Assembly: GCA_963976765.1 (NCBI GenBank) | Contig: CAXBME010000003.1 | Location: 124,001 to 188,000 of the forward strand | DNA length: 64,000 nucleotides | Direction: 5' to 3' | Source of the DNA: an uncultured Planctomycetaceae bacterium | GTDB lineage: Bacteria > Planctomycetota > Planctomycetia > Planctomycetales > Planctomycetaceae | Shown: piece by piece, positions 12,183 through 21,202 of the stretch | Layout of the letters: every line of letters begins with the position of its first letter | Numbering within the stretch: the first letter of the stretch is position 1 | The notes under the pieces: model-generated | Seen by the model: the letters and a program-made list of their open reading frames with translations, nothing else | Told to the model about the DNA's origin: nothing | Databases searched by the model: none | Translations under genes and position numbers: made by a program

Positions 12183-12228
12183 CACGAAAGTCTTCGTAGA
12201 AGACTACGAAGACCTTCGTACGAGTCAA
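12183..12228 (-). promoter_or_regulatory. Tandem palindromic operators overlapping the putative blaI promoter
   Basis: CACGAA-AGTC-TTCGTA (12183-12198) and TACGAAG-AC-CTTCGTA (12205-12220), 22 bp apart; minus-strand TTGACT-N16-TAGTCT overlaps them. Confidence 0.7.
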
Positions 12229-12445
12229 GCACAGTCAGCCCCGCGGCTGATAAGAATTCGCCAAAGTAGCCGGCACACTACGGATGGAATTTCTGTCGAT
12301 ACCAAATTGCGAGTGTGCCACATTGCGACTTCCGCTCCGTTGTCGTTAGAAATCTTCACGAACAAATGGGACGTCGGAGCAGATTCCGCCCCTCGCTCAC
12401 CGGTAAACGTTCAGCCAACCGACAGGCTGCTGTTAAGGATTTCCA

Positions 12446-13876
12446 ATGAGACGTTTCAATTATCTGCGTTCCGCGTCGCGCACCCTGCGGTTCCTCGTGG
12501 GCATTGTTTTTCTGAATTGCAGGTTTGCGATGGCGACAGACGGCCCGAACATCCTGCTGATCATCAGCGATGACCAGCGACCGGACACAATTGCCGCATT
12601 AGGCAATGATGTCATCAATACTCCGAATCTTGATCGTCTGGTTCGAAGTGGCACGTCATTAACGAGAGCAACGTGCGGAAATCCAATCTGTACTCCAAGT
12701 CGTGCCGAGATCCTTTCAGGATGCTCCAGCTTTCGCAGCGGAGTGATTGACTTTGGAAAACCGATCAATCCCGAGTTACCGTTGATGGCTCGTTGGTTTG
12801 GCGATGCTGGTTACCAAACGTCGTACGTCGGCAAGTGGCACAACGACGGAGCGCCGGTAAATCGAGGTTACTCACAAACAAACGGCCTGTACCGAGGCGG
12901 TGGGGGCAAGTGGTATGAGCCGCAGGTTGACTGGGCCGGTCGACCGGTCACCGGGTATCGCGGATGGATCTTTCAATCCGACGACGGAACGATGTATCCG
13001 GAGCGCGGCGTCGGCCTGACTTCGGACATCAGCGAGAAATTTGCAGACGCGGCCATCGAATTAATTGAACGGTCGACTGACAAACCATTCTTCATTCATC
13101 TCAACTTTACGGCCCCTCACGACCCGCTGATGATTCATCCGGAATACGCCGACATGTACGACGCCGCAAAGATGCCTCTTCCGAAAAACTTTGCAGCGAG
13201 GCACCCGTTTGACCACGGCAACTTCGACGGTCGCGACGAGAAGCTCTTTGCCTGGCCAAGGACTCCTGAAGAGACTCGCGCGGAACTCGCCGCGTACTAC
13301 GCCGTGATTTCGCACATGGATGCGCAGATCGGTCGCGTTCTGAAAATGCTGAGCGACAGCGGCAAACTTGAGAACACAATTATCGTTTTCTCCAGCGACC
13401 ACGGGCTCGGAGTCGGCAGCCACGGCCTGCGAGGAAAACAAAGCATGTACGAACACACGATTGGCGTGCCGCTCGTCATTGTCGGGCCAGGAATTGCGAA
13501 GGGCCAGCGACTGGCAACGCAGTGCTACTTACGGGATCTCTTCCCAACATTATGTGACCTCGCTGGCGTCGACGGTCCGGGAAACCGAATTGACGGTCGC
13601 AGCCTGCTGCCAGCCATTCGGGGCCAAAAGAAGCAGATTCACCCATTCGTCGTCGGCTACTTCCGAAATTTTCAACGAATGGTCCGAGACGAAAACTGGA
13701 AATACATCGAGTACCCTGCGGCCGACAAACAACAGTTGTTTCATCTTTCCGACGACCCGGACGAGTTGCACGACCTGTCGGACAATCCAGTTCATGCAAA
13801 AACCAAAGCAGCACTGGCCACGACGCTGCACCAATGGATGACGGATCATGGCGATCCACTCTCGGCACCCGATTAG
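12446..13876 (+). CDS. Sulfatase (S1)
   Basis: IISDDQR, CTPSRAEILSG, GKWH, APHDP, SDHG..HGLRGKQSMYE. Confidence 0.93.
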   Translation: MRRFNYLRSASRTLRFLVGIVFLNCRFAMATDGPNILLIISDDQRPDTIAALGNDVINTPNLDRLVRSGTSLTRATCGNPICTPSRAEILSGCSSFRSGVIDFGKPINPELPLMARWFGDAGYQTSYVGKWHNDGAPVNRGYSQTNGLYRGGGGKWYEPQVDWAGRPVTGYRGWIFQSDDGTMYPERGVGLTSDISEKFADAAIELIERSTDKPFFIHLNFTAPHDPLMIHPEYADMYDAAKMPLPKNFAARHPFDHGNFDGRDEKLFAWPRTPEETRAELAAYYAVISHMDAQIGRVLKMLSDSGKLENTIIVFSSDHGLGVGSHGLRGKQSMYEHTIGVPLVIVGPGIAKGQRLATQCYLRDLFPTLCDLAGVDGPGNRIDGRSLLPAIRGQKKQIHPFVVGYFRNFQRMVRDENWKYIEYPAADKQQLFHLSDDPDELHDLSDNPVHAKTKAALATTLHQWMTDHGDPLSAPD

Positions 13877-13968
13877 GCCATTTTCATGGTTTCTGTGCAG
13901 GAGCTGGCGCTCGGAACAGCCATCGTTTCCTTTATGGCATTACTGCAGAACGCTGAAAACGGATTCTG
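13873..13968 (+). repeat. TTAG-anchored ~90-bp dispersed repeat, copy 1
   Basis: TTAGGCCATTTTCATGGTTTCTGTGCAGGAGCTGGC...CTGCAGAACGCTGAAAAC; aligns with copies at 22933 (+) and 44998 (-). Confidence 0.8.
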
Positions 13969-14105
13969 CAAATACTCCAGTACAGACGTTTTGCGACTGA
14001 TCGGCCAAGAACAGGCACCATGTCGAAAAACAGCAAAACCATAATTCTGTAAAACATTCGACAGGCACCGATGCAGCAAACTGCCTGGATGATTCTGCCG
14101 ACAAG

Positions 14106-14122
14106 TGACGCAAAACGCGTCA
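14106..14122. promoter_or_regulatory. 17-bp palindrome, candidate enhancer (UAS) for the sigma54 promoter
   Basis: TGACGC-AAAAC-GCGTCA, ~120 bp upstream of the -24 element. Confidence 0.45.
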
Positions 14123-14241
14123 GTGCAAACTGCTGCAGTCATCGAACTGCGACTTACCGCAACGTACCTCGACGGCGCAATCCCTAATAGATAGCCGCTG
14201 GACAGTGAGTACCGTCCCCTTTTTGAAGATTTCTATACGAT

Positions 14242-14257
14242 TGGCACAACGAATGCT
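14242..14257 (+). promoter_or_regulatory. Sigma54 (-24/-12) promoter
   Basis: TGGCACAACGAATGCT (GG-N10-GC), preceded by AT-rich DNA. Confidence 0.65.
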
Positions 14258-14268
14258 TTAAGTCAATT

Positions 14269-14351
14269 CAGCGGTAGCAGGCGTTGGCCCGCACTTGTTA
14301 CCGTCGGTCTTAGCGTGGCGGATGACTTCGGTCATTCGCCACGCTTTTTTT
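14269..14351 (+). ncRNA. Candidate sigma54-dependent small RNA (~80 nt)
   Basis: Starts ~13 nt after the -12 element; hairpin GCGGUAGCAGG/CUUGUUACCGU; then terminator; no ORF. Confidence 0.55.
14312..14351 (+). terminator. Rho-independent terminator
   Basis: AGCGTGGCGGATGAC-TTCG-GTCATTCGCCACGCT followed by a T run; C(UUCG)G tetraloop. Confidence 0.85.
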
Positions 14352-14364
14352 GTGCGCTGAGATC

Positions 14365-14444
14365 AGCAGGTCAGGTTCCGTCTGACAGAGTTTAGGATTA
14401 CTGACCAGAATCGCCGCGCTTCACCATGCAGAGCCTGACCTGCT
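14365..14444. repeat. REPIN-like inverted-repeat element
   Basis: AGCAGGTCAGG ... CCTGACCTGCT. Confidence 0.5.
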
Positions 14445-14561
14445 CAAAAATTGCCGATCAACGAATCCGCTGCCCGACGTGACATCTTGCCCGCCAGCCT
14501 CAATAATCAGGCTTCGTCGATGTGACCTCGTATATTTCCTGAATCCTCTGCAGCAGGACTC

Positions 14562-15572
14562 GTGATGGACTACCGGAATCTCGGAAAAGCTGGCGTCAAA
14601 GTCTCACCCATCTGTCTCGGAACCATGATGTTCGGCGGGCAGACCAGCGAAGCAGACTCGATTCGAATCATTCACCAGGCGAACGAACTGGGCATTAACT
14701 TTATCGATACCGCCGACATGTACGCCGGCGGCGACTCGGAAGTTGTCACCGGCAAGGCCATTGCCGACCGCCGCAACGATGTCGTGCTGGCCACCAAGGG
14801 TGTGCAGAAAATGGGGGACGGCCCGAACGATCAGGGCGCCAGTCGCAAGCATCTGATGCATGCTTTGAACGAGAGTCTGCGGCGGCTGAACACCGACTAC
14901 GTCGACATCTATTACTACCACGCGCCGGACTACTCGACGCCGATCGAAGAATCGATGCGGGCACTCGACGACATGGTTCGTTCGGGCAAGGTCCACTACA
15001 TCGGCTGCTCGAACTTCCGAGCCTGGCGGATCTGCGAAGCGTTGTGGACCAGCGACAAACTCAACCTGCACGCGTTCTCGGTGCTCCAGCCGCTTTACAA
15101 CATTATGAATCGCGACATCGAAGTCGAAGTGCTGCCAATGTGCCAGGAGAAGGGACTCGGCGTCGTCAGTTACTCGCCGCTGGCCCGAGGCATCCTGACT
15201 GGAAAGTACAAACCGGGCGAAGGCTATCCGGAAGGCAGCCGCGCTTCGCGGAACGATCCTCGCATGCAGCAGGCAGAACTTCGCGACGCCAGCATCGAGA
15301 TGTCACAGAAAATTGCTGACTACGCTCGAAACACCAAAGGCTGCGAGCCGACCCACTTTGCTCTCGCCTGGTGCCTGGCGAATCCGATTCTGACGTCGAT
15401 CATTCTCGGACCGAAAACCCAGGCCCAGTTCGAAGACAACATGAAATGTCTGGACGTCGAGATCACCTCGGCAGACGAAGACTTCATTGATGACCTGGTG
15501 CCGATCGGCGAACACAGTGGCAAGGGGTTCCAGGATACGGCGTACCCGGTGACTGGTCGGCCTCGCGGTTGA
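14562..15572 (+). CDS. Aldo/keto reductase
   Basis: LGTMMFG, FIDTADMY, VLATK, IGCSNF, QPLYN, YSPLARGILTGKY. Confidence 0.93.
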   Translation: MMDYRNLGKAGVKVSPICLGTMMFGGQTSEADSIRIIHQANELGINFIDTADMYAGGDSEVVTGKAIADRRNDVVLATKGVQKMGDGPNDQGASRKHLMHALNESLRRLNTDYVDIYYYHAPDYSTPIEESMRALDDMVRSGKVHYIGCSNFRAWRICEALWTSDKLNLHAFSVLQPLYNIMNRDIEVEVLPMCQEKGLGVVSYSPLARGILTGKYKPGEGYPEGSRASRNDPRMQQAELRDASIEMSQKIADYARNTKGCEPTHFALAWCLANPILTSIILGPKTQAQFEDNMKCLDVEITSADEDFIDDLVPIGEHSGKGFQDTAYPVTGRPRG

Positions 15573-15577
15573 GGCTT

Positions 15578-15733
15578 AACCACGGATCACCTGGGGGAAA
15601 AGGATCTACAAGGATGTTCTATGGAGCGATCGTTATCGATTCTCAATATCCAAATTCATGATGGCGGGAAACAACGAGGATGTTTCCTGAACGCATCCTT
15701 GAGATCTGCACTAATCTGAGCCCATCCGTGGTT
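15578..15733. repeat. ~155-bp fold-back intergenic element
   Basis: AACCACGGAT ... ATCCGTGGTT termini, plus inner AGGATCTACAAGGATG / CATCCTTGAGATCT pairing. Confidence 0.55.
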
Positions 15734-15839
15734 CGAAGTCTTGAATGATCATCAATTTACGTCCGTAGTCGACTGACACTTCGCGAGTTGAATTACACGA
15801 CTTCGTCAGGCACAGCCTGACCCTCCAGGAATTTCACCG

Positions 15840-17588
15840 ATGGACGCTTCCACGACGTGGACGATCATGACGCTGTGTGTCGGAATGCTGATCGTCATTG
15901 GCGGCATCCTTGCATTGCGGCTGCATGCCTTCCTGGCGCTGACGCTTAGCGCTTTGGCCGTCGCGATCATGACTCCGCAGTCGGCCACGCAGAATTATGA
16001 AATCAGCAAGAGCACAACGAAGATCACTTACACGGAAAACATCGAGTACGAACGAGCCGATCCCGACGGCAGTCTTACTCCCGCAACCAATGTACTTGTC
16101 GGAATTTCGGATCAGGACAGATTCCCCACCGATCGTGACTACATGCTGATTCGGCGGTCGGGCGAAACATACGAAGTTATCGTTCCACGAATCGATCCGA
16201 CGAACGGGTTGAAATCGAATACCGGAGCGGCCCCTCCGTCAACGGCACTGGTCATGGTCGCCGTTGACCGTCCGGCAGACAGTCGTCCGCAGGTTGGTGA
16301 TTTCATCATCGAACCTCACCTCTACGCGTCGGCGGTGAAAGGGGCAAAGCAGACAGTCGCATCCCGCGTTGCGTCCGGCTTCGGATCAACCGCTGGCAGC
16401 ATCGGGATACTGATCGCGATGGCATCGATCATTGGGAAATGTCTGCTCGATAGCGGAGCGGCGGATCGGATCGTTCGCTCGGCTCTGGCAAAGTTTGGTG
16501 AAAAATTTGCGCCGCTGTCATTTGTGTTAAGCGGTTTTCTGCTGGGTGTGCCCGTTTTCTTCGACACGGTTTTTTACCTGATGATTCCGCTTGGCAAGGC
16601 GATGCAGTTGCGGACCGGTCGCAACTATCTGCTGTTCGTGCTGACGATTGTCGCCGGGGCAACGATGGCACACTCGCTCGTTCCGCCAACTCCGGGACCA
16701 CTGGTTGTGGCCGAAGAACTCGGTGTCGACATTGGCACGATGATCCTTGCCGGCTGTGTAGTGGGATTCTTCACGGCGGGCTTCGGATACCTCTATGCGT
16801 CAATGTTTGCTAACAAGCGATGGACGCTGCCGCTGCGTGAGACTTCCGATTTTTCGCTGAAGGAGCTGGAGGAGCTGACCAATCGCGACGAGTCCGAGTT
16901 GCCACCATTCTGGTTGTCAATCATCCCGATCATTCTTCCGGTCATTCTGATCGCCGGTTACAGCGTTCTGAATGCGATGGAAGTTGAGATGTCGGCTTCA
17001 GTCGGCAACGTCGCTGCAACACTTGGCGACAAAAACATCGCTCTGATTATTTCGGCGGTCATCGCGATGCTGACGCTCGTTCGGTCACGCCACCTTTCCC
17101 GAAAACAGCTCGCCGATTCGGTCGGCTCGGCACTGGCCAGCGGCGGAGTCATCATCCTGATCACGTCGGCGGGTGGCGCGTTCGGCAAGACGCTGCAGGC
17201 AACCGGCGTCGCGACACTGATCCAGGATCTTTCCGTCACGTCGCCAGCCATGCTCATCACAATGGCCTGGTTGATCACGGCGACAATCCGAACGGCTCAG
17301 GGTTCGGCGACCGTGGCCATGATGACGGCAGTCGGGATCCTGAGCGGGCTGGCTCAGGCGGGATCGCTGCCGTTTCATCCGGTTTACCTGGCTCTGGCAA
17401 TTGGCTGCGGCTCGAAACCCGTCGCCTGGATGAACGATTCCGGCTTCTGGGTAATTACTCGAATGAGCGGTATGACCGAAGGCGAAGGTCTGAAATACAT
17501 CACGCCCATGACAACTCTGATGGGCGTTGTCGGGCTGATCGTCACGATTGCCGGCGCGATTCTGTTTCCGATGGTTGGCGGCAACTGA
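15840..17588 (+). CDS. GntP-family (gluconate/sugar-acid:H+) permease with soluble insertion
   Basis: LHAFLAL, PVFFDTVF, HSLVPPTPGP, ITSAGGAFG, QGSATVA, WMNDSGFW. Confidence 0.9.
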   Translation: MDASTTWTIMTLCVGMLIVIGGILALRLHAFLALTLSALAVAIMTPQSATQNYEISKSTTKITYTENIEYERADPDGSLTPATNVLVGISDQDRFPTDRDYMLIRRSGETYEVIVPRIDPTNGLKSNTGAAPPSTALVMVAVDRPADSRPQVGDFIIEPHLYASAVKGAKQTVASRVASGFGSTAGSIGILIAMASIIGKCLLDSGAADRIVRSALAKFGEKFAPLSFVLSGFLLGVPVFFDTVFYLMIPLGKAMQLRTGRNYLLFVLTIVAGATMAHSLVPPTPGPLVVAEELGVDIGTMILAGCVVGFFTAGFGYLYASMFANKRWTLPLRETSDFSLKELEELTNRDESELPPFWLSIIPIILPVILIAGYSVLNAMEVEMSASVGNVAATLGDKNIALIISAVIAMLTLVRSRHLSRKQLADSVGSALASGGVIILITSAGGAFGKTLQATGVATLIQDLSVTSPAMLITMAWLITATIRTAQGSATVAMMTAVGILSGLAQAGSLPFHPVYLALAIGCGSKPVAWMNDSGFWVITRMSGMTEGEGLKYITPMTTLMGVVGLIVTIAGAILFPMVGGN

Positions 17589-17615
17589 TTTCTGACCGGA
17601 TGAAAGTCTTAAGTG

Positions 17616-17700
17616 GCAGAGGAGCCTGAGGTTTGTCGCAGAGAGCGGAAAGGTACCTGAATGTCTCCCTGTTTCACTCAGCGAATCTCGGCTCCTCTGC
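17616..17700. repeat. Intergenic fold-back element
   Basis: GCAGAGGAGCC ... GGCTCCTCTGC. Confidence 0.5.
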
Positions 17701-17738
17701 GTTGAATGTCAGCCTGGCTACGAGTGGAAAGATTTGAA

Positions 17739-19766
17739 ATGTCTGAAGAATCCACGACACAACGGGCGACCAGAGTCCGCTACCTGATCGTGGCGGCGGC
17801 GACGCTGATGTCGTTTCTTCTGTACCTCGACCGATTCTGCGTCTCGTTTGCCGTGGACTACATCCGCCAGGATCTGGGGATGAGTCAAGGCCAGGTGAAA
17901 TGGTTCCTCAGCGCGTTCTTCTGGTCGTACGCGCTGGCTCAAGTGCCGTCAGGCTGGCTGAGTGATCGCTACGGCGCGCGGATCATGCTGGTTGTTTACA
18001 TCCTGACCTGGTCGTTTTTCACAGGACTGATCGGCGGCGCCACAACCTTCACGATGCTGGTGGTCTCGCGGCTCGGTCTGGGACTGGGCCAAGCCGGAGC
18101 CTATCCGACGGCAGCATCGATTGTTGGACGCTGGATGCCGACGGTTGCTCGCGGTACCGCGAGCGCGGTTGTGGCTACCGGCGGCAGGGTCGGCGGAGCA
18201 ATTGCTCCGCTACTGACCGCTTTTCTGATCATCCAGTTTGTTCCAGGCGACGCGCCGGTAGAGATCGCGCAGAGCGACCTGTTGCTTCCCGATCAGATTG
18301 CTTCACGACTGACGCCCGATACGACGGCCAAATCGAAGAAAACGAACAAGACTTCTCTGGAAGCCACCCTGATAACCCGCCTCTCCAACGAAGAGCGAAT
18401 ATCGCTCACACCTGCCGGTCATTTGTTCCGCCTCAGCGAGTTGCACGATGAACTGAAAACCTTGTCTGAAGCCGCAACGGTCAACTGGTATGACCCAATG
18501 CTTGAGGCACTGCGAATCAAACAGCCCAGAGCGGAGATCACTGAAAAACTTGACGACACCTGGCTGAAGACAGAGGTAACGCTAAGGCTGTTGTCAGTTG
18601 AGGAGTCGCTTCCCGACGGGCTGGTGGAGGCTCGAGACCTCTCCGAACTCGAACAGTTCATCAGAAATTCACCGACTGCGGACCCGAATGTTCTGACCAT
18701 GTACTTTGCGAGGCTGATTAATCTGCCTGACCTTTATGACTCGCAGACGATGAAATCGCTCAACCTTCCTAAAGAGTCACTCACAACTCTCAAACGACTG
18801 ACCGCCGGTGATTCAACAATTGACGAACGGACGATGCGAAGATTCAACCGCTTCGTTCTGGAAGGGGTATTCGGAAAGGAGATCAAGAAGTTCTACGGAC
18901 AAGGCTGGCGACCGATTCTCTTTGTTTACGGTTCTGCCGGAATTCTGGTCGCCGGTTTCTTCTGGTTCTTTTTCTACAACCGACCGGAAGCGCACCCGTG
19001 GAGCAACCAGGCTGAGCACGCGTTGATTCTGGAAGGCCGTGAAGGCCTCGCAAAGCACGACGGTCAGAAGCTGGAGCCAGCTCCGATCAAAGCGCTCGTC
19101 TTGAGCTTCAATATGTGGTGCAGCTGTTTCTCGCAATGGGGAACGAATGTTGGATGGGTCTTTCTGGTCACCTGGCTGTCGCGGTATCTGCTCGATGTTC
19201 ACAACGTGCCGATTCTTGAACGCGGCACAATGGCGATGACTCCTGTTCTGATCGGAATGCTGGGGATGATGTCGGGCGGCAAGGTGACCGACCTGCTGGC
19301 TTCGAAGGTCGGCATTAAATGGGGAAGACGACTTCCCATTGCAGGTTCCCGCGTCGTCGCGCTGACGGCCTACCTGTGTTGTGTCGGCATTACGACGCAG
19401 CTTCCGGCTGATTCGGCCCTCAACACTCCCTGGGTTTTTGTGGGACTGTTCTCGGTTGTGGCGTTTGCGACCGACTTCGGAACACCGTCCGTCTGGGCGT
19501 TCACACAGGACATTGGCGGTCGCCAGGTCGGATCGGTGCTTGGCTGGGGAAACATGTGGGGCAATCTTGGAGCTGCCGTCTCGCCGTTGATCTACGATTA
19601 CTTCCTCGGCGAAAATCCCACTCTGAATGACTGGAACATGATGTTCGTGGTTTGCGCCGTCGCCTTCTTTTTCTCCGGGTTGTTCGGAATTCTGATGGAC
19701 GCAACAAAGCCTCTTTTGAACGATGTTTCCTCGCTCGAACCAGCACCCATTCAGGCCAGCCCCTAA
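17739..19766 (+). CDS. MFS transporter (ACS/glucarate-like) with large insertion
   Basis: LYLDR, QVPSGWLSDRYGAR, RLGLGLGQAGAYP, GWGNMWGNLG. Confidence 0.88.
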   Translation: MSEESTTQRATRVRYLIVAAATLMSFLLYLDRFCVSFAVDYIRQDLGMSQGQVKWFLSAFFWSYALAQVPSGWLSDRYGARIMLVVYILTWSFFTGLIGGATTFTMLVVSRLGLGLGQAGAYPTAASIVGRWMPTVARGTASAVVATGGRVGGAIAPLLTAFLIIQFVPGDAPVEIAQSDLLLPDQIASRLTPDTTAKSKKTNKTSLEATLITRLSNEERISLTPAGHLFRLSELHDELKTLSEAATVNWYDPMLEALRIKQPRAEITEKLDDTWLKTEVTLRLLSVEESLPDGLVEARDLSELEQFIRNSPTADPNVLTMYFARLINLPDLYDSQTMKSLNLPKESLTTLKRLTAGDSTIDERTMRRFNRFVLEGVFGKEIKKFYGQGWRPILFVYGSAGILVAGFFWFFFYNRPEAHPWSNQAEHALILEGREGLAKHDGQKLEPAPIKALVLSFNMWCSCFSQWGTNVGWVFLVTWLSRYLLDVHNVPILERGTMAMTPVLIGMLGMMSGGKVTDLLASKVGIKWGRRLPIAGSRVVALTAYLCCVGITTQLPADSALNTPWVFVGLFSVVAFATDFGTPSVWAFTQDIGGRQVGSVLGWGNMWGNLGAAVSPLIYDYFLGENPTLNDWNMMFVVCAVAFFFSGLFGILMDATKPLLNDVSSLEPAPIQASP

Positions 19767-19805
19767 TTCAATCCGCAACCGGAAAGTCACAGGAACCCAG
19801 ACGCC

Positions 19806-21068
19806 ATGAAGGCAGAGATTATTTCGATCGGCAGCGAGCTCACCAGCGGAGCGAAGCTCGACACTAACAGTCAGTGGCTCAGCGCCGAGCTTTCTGAAAT
19901 CGGCATCCCCGTCCACTTTCACGCGACGATGGCCGACGACCGGCAGGCGATGCTCGAAGTTTTCCAGACGGCAGTAAACCGTTCTGACATCGTGCTGGTC
20001 ACCGGCGGATTGGGACCGACTCTCGATGATCTGACGCGGGAATTGATCGCCGAACTGACCGGCACCGAACTGATCCTCGACGAACCATCGCTGAAGTTCA
20101 TTCAGAACCTGTTCGAAAAACGCGGTCGAGTCATGGCTGAACGGAATAAAATTCAGGCGATGTTTCCAGCCGGCAGCGAGGTACTGCACAACCCGGTCGG
20201 TACGGCTCCGGGCATCTGGGTGGAAGTCCCGCGTGAAGGTCGTTCGCCCAGCTTTCTGGCCGCGATGCCAGGCGTCCCAAGCGAAATGAAAATCATGTAC
20301 CGCGAGCAGGTGCTTCCGCGGCTCCCCGGCGGACAGCGGGTCATCCGCCGCAGCAGCGTGCATTGTTTCGGGGAGGGGGAATCGAACATCGAAGCGATGC
20401 TCGGGGATCTGACCGCCAGAAACCGCAACCCGGAAGTCGGCATCACCGCGTCGTCGGCCACGATCAGTCTGAGAATCGCCGCTCACGGATCAAGCATCGC
20501 CGAATGCGACAGTCTGATTGCCGAAACCAAAACGCTGATTAATGAGAAACTTGGAAAGCTCATTTTCGGCGAAGACGACCATACTCTGGAATCTGCCGTT
20601 GTCGGTATGCTTCTGAAACGAGGGCAGGCGGTCACGACCGTTGAAGCGGGTACTCGCGGATTGCTGGCTCAAATGCTGTCAACGACACCGGGAGCCGATT
20701 CGTGCTTCCTGGGCGGAGTCGTTCTGAATGCGTCGCCCAGCGTTGTCATTTCTCTCGGCAATGACGGAGGGACTGGTCCCGACGACGTCGCGGGAGGGTC
20801 GATGAGTCTTGTCTCCGCCGAAGAAACTCTTGAGATGGCACAGAACGCTCGACGACGATTCGAAAGCGATTTCGCGCTATCAATTTCACCATTCACAGAA
20901 CCATCCGCTCCGGGCGAGCCGGCCACATCGTTCATCGCCCTGGCCGGAGAAAACGTCAACGAGGTACACGAACACAAAATTCTGGTCGACCCGGCCATCG
21001 CTCGACCACGAGCCGCCAAAGGAGCCCTCAACCTGCTGCGTCACCACCTGCTGAGGCTGGAATCATGA
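19806..21068 (+). CDS. cinA: CinA-like protein (COG1058 domain + degenerate PncC domain)
   Basis: IGSELTSG..LDTNSQWL, TGGLGPTLDDLT, GTAPG, PGVPSEM; C-domain has VEAGTRG where AESCTGG is expected. Confidence 0.85.
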   Translation: MKAEIISIGSELTSGAKLDTNSQWLSAELSEIGIPVHFHATMADDRQAMLEVFQTAVNRSDIVLVTGGLGPTLDDLTRELIAELTGTELILDEPSLKFIQNLFEKRGRVMAERNKIQAMFPAGSEVLHNPVGTAPGIWVEVPREGRSPSFLAAMPGVPSEMKIMYREQVLPRLPGGQRVIRRSSVHCFGEGESNIEAMLGDLTARNRNPEVGITASSATISLRIAAHGSSIAECDSLIAETKTLINEKLGKLIFGEDDHTLESAVVGMLLKRGQAVTTVEAGTRGLLAQMLSTTPGADSCFLGGVVLNASPSVVISLGNDGGTGPDDVAGGSMSLVSAEETLEMAQNARRRFESDFALSISPFTEPSAPGEPATSFIALAGENVNEVHEHKILVDPAIARPRAAKGALNLLRHHLLRLES

Positions 21069-21202
21069 CCGACTCTCAAGTGATTGGTGGAGAAAAAACT
21101 CGAATGGAGTTTTCGAGCATTCCTTTGCGTCGTCGCGGTATTGCGTCAACACTTATGTGACAACAGAACAATCGCCTGGTTGCATTAAAGGCAGCGCGAG
21201 AA

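Noticed and set aside
18813..20486. 557-aa minus-strand ORF
   Set aside because: Antisense to the MFS and cinA genes
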